Shown: positions 1 to 12,408 of the stretch, piece after piece
Numbering within the stretch: position 1 is the stretch's first letter
Layout: every line of letters starts with the position of its first letter
Origin: Perna viridis
Lineage: Eukaryota
DNA length: 64,000 bases
Direction of reading: 5' to 3'
Assembly: GCA_037379345.1 (NCBI GenBank)
Contig: CM074512.1
Location: forward strand, 15,438,001-15,502,000
The notes under the pieces: model-generated
What the model was told of the DNA's origin: nothing
The model's input: the letters and a program-made list of their open reading frames with translations, nothing else
The model's database searches: none
Position numbers and translations under genes: made by a program

Positions 1-2529
1 GATCGGACAATTAAACTGTCATATTCATCATTAAAGCGTGAACAAATTGTACAATTTTAAAGATGAATTATATACTGTTATGAACTGCATAAATTTTCTC
101 CAAAACATGATGAACAGTCATCGATTTTAACACCGCCTGTTTGATATGAAAGTGGTCATTAAAATCTGTCCATACGTATCAGAGTCAAATAATGTTGGTT
201 TTAAGCCATGACATTGGTCACTGCACGACTTTTCTTCGTCATGCCATGCCATTCTCTATAACACGAGCTCTTTGTATTCTTTAGTGACCTATTACACTCA
301 ATTTTGAGTCATTTGTCGTAAAATATTGCTCTCATTATTTGTAATAACTGCATCATGTATAGTTATAACTTAATTTGAGATAGGAATAAAAGACCTCCGT
401 AGTATTGTTACTCCAAGAATAGTTACAACATCAGATATTTAATGTCCATACTTTAATGATTCCCGAAAGAATTTTTATAAGCTATTATTTCAAAGGAATA
501 AGCAGGGTCTGATAAGGCGTTGTTTCATACTGAAAATTAATGTTGAACATCTTGGTGTTTCCTGAGGAGATGTGCTGCAATATGCATGAAAAATATCATT
601 ATATTGTATCAAATAACATTTTTCTGGAATCACCTGAAGATTCTAGTGACTTTAAACTATGTTTAAATGTAATAAGAAAATGAAATCTGAACTACAAATG
701 CTTCCAGCTCAGCAGTTGTTACGCACCACGAACGGTTTATGAGATGTCAGGAATTAATAAAAGTAAAGAATAAACATGACATAATATGGCCCTTTGTGTT
801 GATATTAATGATATTTCGCCATTTTGCTATGGCTCCTCATGTTCTTAAATGACTTGACCTGTCACATTCGCACACCTCTTAACATTTGGTTTATGCTGAT
901 GTGGATATATGAAGCGGCATTTTATGGTTTTTCGTGCCTCTTAAAACCTGTAACAACCTTATGGTATTAATAAGACATTGCGCTACTTTGAATACAGTAA
1001 TTCATAAAATAACCTTGGCGTTATGTACCTTAAATGGGGTTTTCAGCGCTTACGTTTTTTCCATTGTTCTTTACTAGACTTTGGTTTTCTATACGCCTGG
1101 GTTTTGTTCGTCTTAAGTCTTCAAATTATTAACATGTTTATTATTTGTTTGAATTTATATTTCAATACATATAGCATCACAAAGGAATTTTGCGTAGTGT
1201 CTATTCAACTTTCCACCTGGTTTACGTTTGCTGAGAGGTTTATCAGTATGAAAAATGAATTTTATCTGATTGACAAAAATAGGAATCGCCCCAGACAGAA
1301 TATGTGTGGTATTGCTGCTGCACCTGTTACTCAACATTTCACAAGTTGCGCAACCAATAGCCATCCCTTGCCCTGGATGTAATCTTCTAATTAGTTGCAA
1401 CAGAGTCTGTAGTCTGGAAATGATATCAGCAACCTCAAGTTAAGATTTCATGCCCTCATATTCTACATTCTATTGCTGAATTATCTTACCTATGCTGCTG
1501 GTTATATTATTAACTTCAGTGAGAATAGAGATTTCTGAAAATTTTTCTTTGTCAGTTTGAAAGCACAGGTCTTGTAATTTACTTCCTCGGGTTAGAAACT
1601 TGGTTTTTGATTGCCAGAGGAAAGAAATGTTTTTGCTTTTAGACGACTACATTTAATGTGCGTTATAAGATTTTCTGTGTTTGGCTATTGGATGCATTGC
1701 TGCATTATATAACCCAGTATGCCAATTGATCACGTCCAGGCACTAATGAAGAAAGATGTGGTAATAATTATCCGACATGGACTTGTATTTACGCATGCGT
1801 AATTGACTTGCTATCGATTTGAGGAATCTTAGGAAGTGACCCTAGGAAGTCGCTAGTGTGACTAAATTTTAACATTTTATGAACGTTGCATAATCCTGAC
1901 ACACAAAAAATGCCCTAATATACAATATACAGAATTATCTTTGGTTGGAAACAGAATGTTACACTAAAATGGCTTTATGCTTTGATGTTAATGATAAAAG
2001 GATTCACACATTGGAAAATAAAACTATTTGATAACGAATGGATGCAACTGACAGTGTTTAATATAATATCTAAGTTGTTGATCATTTGATAAATCTGACA
2101 AGAATCCTCATAAAAATGCTTTTACTAGTGTTGATTCGTAAGATATTCTCTTTCTTTTTTTGTGCCTATCATGCAAACAAAATAGGTGTGATTTACTGTC
2201 GCTTGATGAAAAAGGGTTCTGATTTAACGGAATAGGCTATTATTCAACTGACCATTTCAATAGATATTATGTAAAGCTATGTAAAACTAAGAATTGCGGA
2301 TTTCTATCAAATTTCATCCGATTTAAGATCTGCACACCAATGCAGTGACATGTCACATTAACATAGTAACAAGTTAATATTGTGTAATATTGGTCTTGAG
2401 ATCAAAATGTCAGATTGATGTGTATTTTTGTCGAAGTTTTAATAGCCTTTAATGGACTTGTGAAAAATCGGTTTTGTTGTAAATGGGCTTACAGTACATT
2501 AATCAAGAAAGGGAAGAGTTCATTACATT

Positions 2530-2545
2530 GGGTCATTCGAGGTCA
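2530..2545 (+). promoter_or_regulatory. Nuclear-receptor DR4-type element in BCL11 intron
   Basis: GGGTCA-ttcg-AGGTCA, a consensus direct repeat with 4-bp spacer, inside a GGTCA-dense intron. Confidence 0.35.
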
Positions 2546-5500
2546 ACTCAGATGTTTGTTTTTTCTTTTTATCTTGTAATAAGTTGCATCATGTGACAAT
2601 GTAGGTCAACAGCTTATATTGATCCTCGGACACATCTGTTTTAAGCATCGCTAACTCTGCAAAATCTTTAGTCCCCGTTGAGAGGCAAATGTCCTTTGCA
2701 ATGAAAATAACATACTCGTATTCGTTTGGCTTGTTTTAATTTTATAGCGTATTTATTGTTACCGGACTTAATAGACCCGGGCACTGGGTTTTAAACTCGT
2801 CAAATTTATTGATCTACGCATAAAATACACAATTTATTTACCAAGTTTGACCTTACGAATGTAAACTAGCCGGGGTTGTCTGTCGCTATAGTAATAGGTC
2901 TATATTGTCTGAAAACTAGCCAATGGCTAAACAATCTAACGTAACACGGAAAGAATTTTATACCTTTGTGTCAAGTGTCGATTACCTGAGTACATTTATG
3001 TCCATAATACACCTGAATTCTTTTTGTGAATATTACGTCATTTCTATCCACGTAGGTGTTAGCAATCTAGAATAGAATGGACACGAGATCGTTTGTGGTT
3101 ACATGTCTCATTTTAACAAATAAGCAGCTGAAAATATCCGAGTCATGAATTGGTTTTAAATCATCTTCAATATGAAAATGTAAATCAGAAATAATTTGTA
3201 TAGCTAGGTCATACATTACACCTATATGATGAATAATACATTTGATCTCGAATATTTGTCCTTGCAGGCTAAACAGACATGTATGTTATATTTTATGTAG
3301 TGATAGATTACATAACCTTGCTTTAAATGATGTTTAAACAAGCTCATATACGCATAAGGTCATGATTATAATCAACAACAATATGTTAGCGTTGAAAAGA
3401 GCAGTTTCCATAATCATCTGTTGTGATGACCAGCGTCATAACAAATGACCACTTGACCTACATATCCGGTTGTTAAGAGATCATTTTGGGATTGGCTAAC
3501 CGAGAAAGTTGTCCTTAGACTGAGGTCATTTTTTCTTAACGCCAGGTCATTATGTTTTCAATTATTTATAGCTACCTTAATCAGTAGTAAAGTTTAAGTA
3601 CAATTTAAGATAATAATACACCTTGGTCGAGTGACTGTAGAAACAGTTAATTTTTATGGTTGAAGAATCACAAAGTTATAACGTATGTCCGTGAAAAGAA
3701 TCTTGTCAAACAGGTGGATCACTTGTGATACTATCGACTTTACTCTGTGCCCCCATAATCGAAACATGGCATATCTTATTTAATATTTAGGTTTTGGTGG
3801 TCACTTTTCACGTTATGTCAACAGAACCATCAAGGTGACCATGTTACTGCCCGATATTACTGAGCTATTACCTCATTTCAGAATCGTGTTTACTGATACG
3901 CTTATGAAACACTTATTTGTACTGATTCCCTTCGGTAACCGAAATATCAATTTGTTATCAATACTTTGTAGTATTCATTATACAGTACCATCTGATGATG
4001 GAGTGATGCAGGACCTAATTAAGAAACATATGGGCTATCTATATCTCATGGTCATTTAAACAATGACCTGGTTGTGTGGGTTATTGACCGTTCTTTGGCG
4101 GTGTTCCAGATACACAAGAGGCACTTACTGGAATAGAATAAATGTAAATAACCTTTTTCTATGTTATTAAATAAACATTTGATGTACATAGATTGAATAA
4201 ATTAAAGCTCTGGCAATTAAACCGCTTCGATGATTTTAGATAATGAACTGGATATTTTAACTTAGATCACTACATCCTTTTCGTCATTTTAAAAAAAATC
4301 CAATGGTCATATATACGGCCAGTCATGGCATTGACATGTCGGTTAATGACACCACCTTTTTACTTTATTACTGTTAAATGCAGACAACATATATATGGTC
4401 ACTTCTGTCGGTTAGTTTTGTTATTTATGCCCTCATGACGGACTGTCTACATGGTCTGATGGTAATAGTCATTTATGATAATTATTATTCAAGTATTCAC
4501 TTTTTGTAGAATGCTTGTCAATGTTTATAAAAGTAAGTTTTAATTTGTAGAAAAAAAAACCTTTAAAAATGTTCAGGGGGTGAACATTGATATGACCAAA
4601 TACTAACCCCAGCTTGAGGACATTTTCTATAAGATAACGTTATCATTCAAATTAGGGATTTCATTTAAAGGCCATCGAATGCCATGAGATTGAAAGGTGT
4701 TCATCTCGTAGATTTTCTAAAAACACTCGCAGAAGTTATCATTGTGTAATATTTTTCCCATAGTCATGCTATATTAGCTCCTAGTGTAGCGGATTACTGT
4801 CACCGTAATTAGTCTACCTGAAAATGATATTACCAGTGTTCTCCTCCACTACATATAAACATCCTTTGTCCAAACAGTCAACCTTTTACATTTCGCTAAA
4901 CAAACTTTTTTGTGTAATAGAAAACATAATTTTGACACCACGAAGAATGAAATACGATTCTGATTAGGGTTTCATAATAATATTCATGGCTATTTTTTGT
5001 CCAGTGCCAGCTGCCAGTATGTAAAATAGGCTTGGTTAATAATCTGGTGTGTCGGACAGCTGTCGTTGTTAGTTACACAATAACATGCTTCTGGCATTAT
5101 GCACCCCCTAACGACTGTTGTCACCCCATGGATTATATCACTCTTTCAATTGCTAATTTTTTTCAATTGGCATCAAAGCCATTTTCATAATAGGTCACCC
5201 TACAAAATAAAAAGGGTCAATCCTTTGTTCGGGTTTAGCTTGGAAACTGAAGACGTCTTGGACTGAGTGCTTTGTTATTAGGTGTCAACGGCGTAATATA
5301 ATACAGAAAGCTGACATTCAATGGCCGATGATATATAATTAGATGTACATATTTTTTTTCTCGATTTCGACCAGTAATTCGTTTGTTACAATCCATTAAT
5401 ATATTTCTTTGAAATGACTGTCCAATGCTACACATTAGATTGACACGTAGCTACTCGGGGCTTTGTTCGCATTTAATGTGCTTTATATCCATTCAAATAA

Positions 5501-6784
5501 TACCCTTTTTCATTTAAATTCATACTATTTTGGCTTTACCTTAAGGTCATTTCCATAAACAGAGAAAACATAATCTGATTTTTTGAAAGATACATGCATT
5601 AAAAGCCATTAATATTATATTTCATGCAGAAAAATGAATGTTCCGTACGACTGGCGATGATACGCGGACCTGTTACGTGATAATTGCAGCCAATTTTATT
5701 TTATGCAATTAACGCATAAAGGTTTGGGAGTAATATATTGATTTTACTGGTGTTGATGATGTATATGTTAAAATCTTATCAAACATTTAAAAGGTTTTTA
5801 TATGTATGGATCAAACGACATGTCTGGTTTGTGGTCATGGATGGATTCAGTTGACTGCGGGGTAGTCTGTATAATTTTAGTTCACGCCGTATCTTGGTCA
5901 ACCTTTTGATTATAGAATTCGGATGTTTTCATGATATCATCGTTTCAATGGATAAGCCAAGACTTTAAAATTATAACATTTTATAACATTATTTTACCTC
6001 AAATTCTATCTTTGTCCTGACTTATGTCATATACACAGTATAGAAGTAGGACTTCGACAAAGATACGTTCTCTTCTGCTCAAATATTTGTTTGATATAAT
6101 GTTGTAATTTAACATAAGTAAGCAAGCATAAAAAAACGAAAATATTTTTCAATCTTATAAATACAAGTAAAACCATGCAATGTATGTGAGAATTAAAAAA
6201 AATATATGCAGAATGATAACAATGATGCAAATTGATTAATAAGGAAAATCTAAATGATTTATCCCTTCTGTAACCCCATGCATATTTAATGTTGTCTGGT
6301 CAATTTGCTATATTACATAAAGGTATTAACCAAGCGTCGCGATAAAACCTACCTGAATCGATTTCATACTTTAACACAATATCAAGCTTGGCCTACTGTT
6401 TGCCCAGTCTACTGATCAAATAAATAATATTGAATTTCTTTTTTACCTTATGCAATGAAGGTCATTACTAACAATGTGTCGTTTTCAGGACCACAATTCA
6501 AATTGTATGAGTCATATATTCATTTGTAAAATATTCAATTGACATTTGGTCAATGACGACAGGAAGGTGTATATCTTTGGCGATGTGTAATCTAAAGTAA
6601 GCATTCAATAAACTATAATGAATATATCACCATGATGATTTGTTTTTGACAGGAACTATTCCATAAAGTGATTCCATTGTTTTAAAATATATAAAATGTG
6701 CATCCTTATTCATTGGCAGTTCACTTAAATAATACAAAAGGTCCTTAAACTGTTTTAAATATTTTTTGTTGGTTTTCTTTTCAG

Positions 6785-9102
6785 AGCCAACAAAGTTTGT
6801 TTGCGAGACTTGTAAAGTTACTCATGAATCAGCATGGTCCTTACTTCAACATGCTCAACGGGAACATGGAATGAAGATATATTACACTCCCCCAATATCA
6901 GAAAATCAACCAGACAACAAACATCACGAAAGCCTACACAAAGAACTTCTTGAATCCAAAAGGTCTCCTCAGTTGCCACATACACCTAAACTCCACGAAG
7001 ATATCCGGGATCATCCCTTGCATTCACATCGTGAACATCACCGAACTCCACCCTCAGCAGGTAGCTCAGCCGGAAGTGGTGATGCAACTATTACGTCACA
7101 TCACTCACCTAATCCATTCATGTTCCGCTTTCCGTTTGAAAGACCTCCTTTATCTCCAAATCTACAATTCAGCCGTCCACAAGGTCCGGAGTTTATAACA
7201 ACCGAACCTCGACATTTGGGATTACTTTTTCCACCACTGGATGCTCCAACGCCACCATTTCCTCATCTTTTCGATAGAAGTCCTCGTCCGATGGGATTCG
7301 ACAACAAAACATTAGAATCTTTCTATTCACAAAGACTGAGAGAATTGGCATCTCGTGATCCTGTTAGTGGTTCTACTTTATCAGGTTCACCTCCAGTAAG
7401 GAAACATACACCTCCATTCTCGCAGGCTGGAACAACGACAACGACTTTGCTTTCACCTCTTGTATCACAGCAGTCATCTCCAAACCCTGTAGATACAGAG
7501 AGATCCCAGCGACCAGACAGTCTTACACCTCCAAGTAAACTGAAGTCTTGTGAATTTTGTGGGAAATCTTTCCGATTTCAAAGCAATCTGATTGTACATC
7601 GAAGATCACACACTGGCGAAAAGCCATTCAAATGTCCACTTTGTCCTCATGCTTGTACTCAGCAAAGTAAGCTTAAGAGGCACATGAAAACGCACATGAA
7701 CAAATCGCCAATGATGTCGCAAATATCTAACTCATCTGATGGGGGCAATCAGGGATCAGGGGAAAGCACCCCCGAGGGAAACAAGAAATTTATGGATGAT
7801 GAAGATGACGAGGATGACGAAGACGAAGAGATGGAAGAAGAGGAAGAAGAAATAGATGAGAGCGAAATGATGGAAGAAGAAATAGCTGAAAGTAGAAAAT
7901 TATCAAACAACAACTTGGAAAAGAAACCAGAATTAAATATCTTCAGTCAAAGTTTTATACCGCCACATTCGCGAAACGGCAGTCTAGGGATGAACTCAGT
8001 TCAAGACAAATCGTCGTTGCTCAAAGAAGTAATGGAAAATACAGGGTTGACAGGCATTCCGACATACAAGGATGCTCTTAAACAGGCTATAGAAGAAAAC
8101 CTGTGTAAAGAAAACTCTGACAATAGTGGGAAAGAAACGAATGATTCTGGCAGCAAAAATGGCAGCATATCTAGGAGAGATGATATGAAATCAGAACCAG
8201 AAAGTAACCAAGGTAGTAGCTCTGATTTAAAACCAACTAACAGCGAACCCGAAAAACCGGTTAAGAGCGAACCACAAGAGGCAGCACATACGCCAATGTT
8301 CAGCTTTGACATGTTTCCTTCCCTTTCTCAATCATTTTGGAGACCGCAAACTGATATTTATCCACTAATACCATTTCCTTTTGACCCAAACCATAACAAT
8401 GGTTTCAATCCTGTGTCATCGGTGGAGAATGCCATGAAGACGTTTACTAACCAAAAAGCACCAGAAAATGTACCATCAACAAACAGTTCTCCTTTGCCAC
8501 GGAAGGATGCACCCAGACGAAATGATACCTGCGAGTTTTGTGGTAAAGTTTTCAGGAACTGTAGCAACCTAACCGTGCACAGACGTTCCCATACTGGTGA
8601 GAAACCCTATAAATGTGCACTATGCAGCTACGCATGTGCACAGTCAAGTAAACTTACGCGGCATATGAGAACACACGGGCGCATTGGGAAGGATGTTTAC
8701 CGCTGCAAGTTCTGCAGTATGCCATTTTCTGTAGCTAGTACCCTTGAAAAGCATATGCGGAAATGCGTTGGGAATGGTCAAATGAAATTGCTGCAGGATT
8801 CTGATTCTCAACAAGATGCATCAAGAATGCTACCAGATTCAGAATCTGATTCGAGTAGTGCTCCATCAAATGCCTATGATTCAGCTAACACACCTACAAG
8901 TATATATGACGCAAATAATCTAGCCAAGAATATGTATGATTCAGGCAACCCCGTTACAAGTATCTTCGATTCAGTCAATTCGACGAAGACTTTGTATGAT
9001 TCGGCTACTGTTGCTACAAGTCTATTTGATACATCTAAAATGACTACTGGTATCAAGAAGGAGGGACTATTTGATTCGGTTAATGCTACCCCAACTATAT
9101 GA
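6785..9102 (+). CDS. BCL11: BCL11A/B (CTIP1/2)-family C2H2 zinc-finger transcription factor, large final coding exon (upstream exons outside window)
   Basis: 778-aa ORF whose real start is the acceptor ttttcttttcag|AG at 6784/6785 (phase 1). It carries the BCL11 finger set: CETCKVTHESAWSLLQHAQREH; KSCEFCGKSFRFQSNLIVHRRSHTGEKPFKCPLCPHACTQQSKLKRHMKTH; an acidic run; then DTCEFCGKVFRNCSNLTVHRRSHTGEKPYKCALCSYACAQSSKLTRHMRTHGRIGKDVYRCKFCSMPFSVASTLEKHMRKC. Stop TGA 9100-9102. Confidence 0.96.
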
Positions 9103-11965
9103 TTGCTTCGGTTTGCTCAATATTTTGTTATTTATTGACACCTTTAGTGTACACAGCACAAAATACTCATCGTCATGGTCTGCCCAACAATTTGCTGTTG
9201 TAGGAATCGCATGGCACCAACAACCGGTGACATTCATATACATCATAATCATGGATTCACAAGACTGTTGTACTAATGGTGCAGACAAACTTAGATATTG
9301 TAGACGTTATTTTGTATATATATGTTTCTTGTTATGGTTTGTTTAGGAGGAATATTCACCCCATGACGTGTATCTTTAGATGGTGCTTACTCTTCTTGCA
9401 TTGTATTTGTGAAATAGAGATGCACTTATATGGGGCTTATAAAGCGTATATTTTGAGATTATCTGGTATCAACTATGCTTCAAAGAAGCAAGAAAACAAA
9501 ATGGCAGGCGTAAAATATGACTACTCTATTTGTAATTAATAATTTTTCAGTCTTTAGACTTTAAAAATGGAGTATAATTGAAACTTACTACATCATCGAA
9601 GAAGAAAAATTTTACTATATGTTAATTTATATAATTGTTTTAAATATTTGTTCTGGAATGTGGCTTCAGTACAACATCTAACAGAAGGAAAATGATCAGG
9701 GCTTTCAAATCAGGGAGAAATAATTACACCACGGTTTCAATCCAATCAACTGAAATCACTTCAGATATTTAGTTACTTGTTTGTGCCTATCTTTTGTCAT
9801 TTTATTGGCAATAAGTCTTTTTTCAATATTGTGCCATATTATATTTAAGCCAGTTCCGTACTTTACAACAGTCTGGTGTTAGGAGTTGAACGACATACAT
9901 TTTTGTTGCAAAATAAGCTATCATCTGAAGTATTTTCAGTTAAATGGAATAAGTGAATCTTATTATTTGAAACCTTGTCATGTGATGTAAGAAATATATT
10001 GAAATCGGCGAAAAGTAATATGCATAATTGCAAAAAGAAAAATACAACTATGGAGTAAGGCAGCAGAAAAAAATGTAATAGTGCCTAAACTGTTCCTGCC
10101 AAGCAGAATTTTCTTGTTGTAAGATCAACAGAAAGTCAACCAAATCGGAGAAAATTATAATAGTGCAACTGTATTTGTCAAGGAGGGCGTTACTCTAATA
10201 AGGTGTTTGTATAAAGTTTTCATTGTTTGTTTAGTGTTAGAGAGTTTTATATATTATATACCCTCATCCTATAACTGTTTCCCAGGCAGTCTAACAACTA
10301 AGGGACTTGACTCAGTTTTTATTTTGGTGCAATAGTGTGCTCAACCTTACAGCTAGTATGATACAGATGATACATTGGCATTTTATTTTGGGTCTGAACT
10401 TTTGGTTTATAGCCTTTGCCATAAGATCTTTACAATAAACAGGTATAAATTGTAAAAAAATCCACAGAAATCAAGAAAAAACTCTTTTAGGCTGTATCAG
10501 AAATCTTAAAGCACACTCAATGCAACAAGTCAAGTTCGAAATAACTGAAATAAAATATTGATTTTGCTATGTAACTATTTTGCTGTCCAGTTTTTTGCAA
10601 GAAATTATAACCAAACCATAAATAGTTTTCTCGAAATAAAAAAAAAATAAATAACAACCATAAATGAAAATAACATATTTCAGCTAAATTCAACAAAATG
10701 CTTTTTTTTTAATATGACAATATTTTTGTTAATGATGTATGTTTCAATCAATTTATTACAGAAACCAATCACTGCACTGTGGATTTGTTATAAGCAGCAG
10801 TTCGTTGTATCAGGGGAATTAAGTTTTTTACCATAACTTTTCACTATTGTATAGAAATACATAATTCACCAGTTATGTTGTTAGTCAGTCTTATGTGTTT
10901 GTTATTGTTAACGTCTTTCACTTGTAATTTCAGGGCAGATTCTGCCATAGGCGTGCCATGTAAAGAGGGTTCAGTTTATATATTGGTATAATTTTGGTGC
11001 ATTTTTGGAATTTTTTTGCAAATAAACAGTGCTGCATTTTTACGCCATACGACCAGAGTCTTTGCTTGTTTTCTCTTGCATATTTGTACATATTTTATCT
11101 TTTCATATTATGTCATCATTTAGTGCTGTTTTAAGGTTTTCCTTTTTATTGAATTTTAACCGCATGATGATTATTTTAAGCGACAGTAGTGCTTTTTATG
11201 TGGACATTTTATTAGGGCCATTTTTCAGATTTTGTTTCCCGGTGATCAGTGCTTCTTGTGTTTAGATCTCTTGTATTTTAGGGTTGTTCCATTGCAAGAC
11301 TCTGGTCATTTATCAGTGCCATAACCATATTTTTTTTAAATTCTGATAATTATTTTTGTCTCATTTTACTGTGATTGCTTATATATTCTCATAATGGCGA
11401 ACAAAACCATTTATTTCATTGTATTACACAGTCTGTAGAGAACATTGCTTTCTGTTTTGGTCACAATTGATTTCTTATCACCCAAATAGCGTAAAAAGAC
11501 AAGTGTGGATTTTCGCTCTTTTTTTCAGATCTCATATAATTGTATAGTGGTCCTGTTATGGATAATTTCTTACAATGTATAAAGAGGTCCGGAAAGTATA
11601 ATAGTAAAAGACAGAATGTCAGAAGTTTCATCATAACATTTTGGTCTCGAAAATAAATTAATCAAAAGAAACATTTTTTTACATAATTATTATTTCTGAA
11701 ATCTGGCTAAAAAGGCTTACAAAAATAATGTATGAATAGCTTAAAAATATAAGTGACAACGAAATGTGTCAAAAAGAAATGCTAGATAGCGAATTCTAAA
11801 ACAGAAAGCAGTGTTTATGTGCCTTTGTTTAGAAAATTCTTTTTTGTACATGCAATGTACTAGGAGCAATTTTAGAACTACAGCTTCATGTATTTATAAT
11901 GTGATTGTCCGTATGACAGTACAAAGTACACTTTAATAAAGCATTTCCTCTTCTCATTTCATTTG
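9103..11965 (+). other. Putative long 3'UTR of the BCL11 gene
   Basis: Repeat-free AT-rich stretch after the stop, with miRNA-seed-like and TGTANATA motifs, ending at AATAAA 11935-11940 followed by a T/GT-rich tract. Other AATAAA hexamers occur earlier, so the end is inferred. Confidence 0.55.
11935..11940 (+). terminator. Candidate polyadenylation signal for BCL11
   Basis: AATAAA with upstream TGTA motifs and downstream ttcatttgtttt; repeat-derived sequence resumes soon after (~12270). Confidence 0.5.
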
Positions 11966-12272
11966 TTTTAACTACTTGAAAAATAAATTTAATGTGTTCA
12001 AATGTGTCATTAATTCATATGTTTAAAAACAGAAGTCCATTTCTAATTAGAATGTTAGAGTATAGGCAAACTCCTTTTATATTCAATGGATTTCTGACAC
12101 CTATTCTTGTGTGCTTGCAAATAACTTTTTTATTAAACAGTGCCGCACTTGTCAAGACAATTTTTTTTGTACTTCTTACAATAATCTTCTTGAACACTAC
12201 AAGGTTGGTCATCACTACTGAAGTTTTACGGTCGTCATCATGAACTCGTAGATCGTTAGCGTGTGTATCCAT

Positions 12273-12408
12273 ACTTTCGTTACTTTGTATATTTTATTTT
12301 GGTTATTTTATGTTTGTGTTGTGCGCGTCTACTTTCTGCGTCTGGTCTTTGTCCCTGGATTACATTCTTCTGATTTCCGCTAGAATCTTGGTTCCATTGA
12401 TTATTCTT
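12273..12408 (+). mobile_element. Partial copy of the repeat at 55168-55360
   Basis: Direct sequence similarity over ~135 bp. Confidence 0.7.

Noticed and set aside
1023-6230. Short ORFs in the BCL11 intron, and similar 60-120 aa ORFs across the window
   Set aside because: AT-rich chance ORFs or antisense frames with no recognisable domains.
6766-6784. TTG start of the 778-aa ORF
   Set aside because: These bases are the intron polypyrimidine tract and AG acceptor; the BCL11 N-terminal exons are outside the window.
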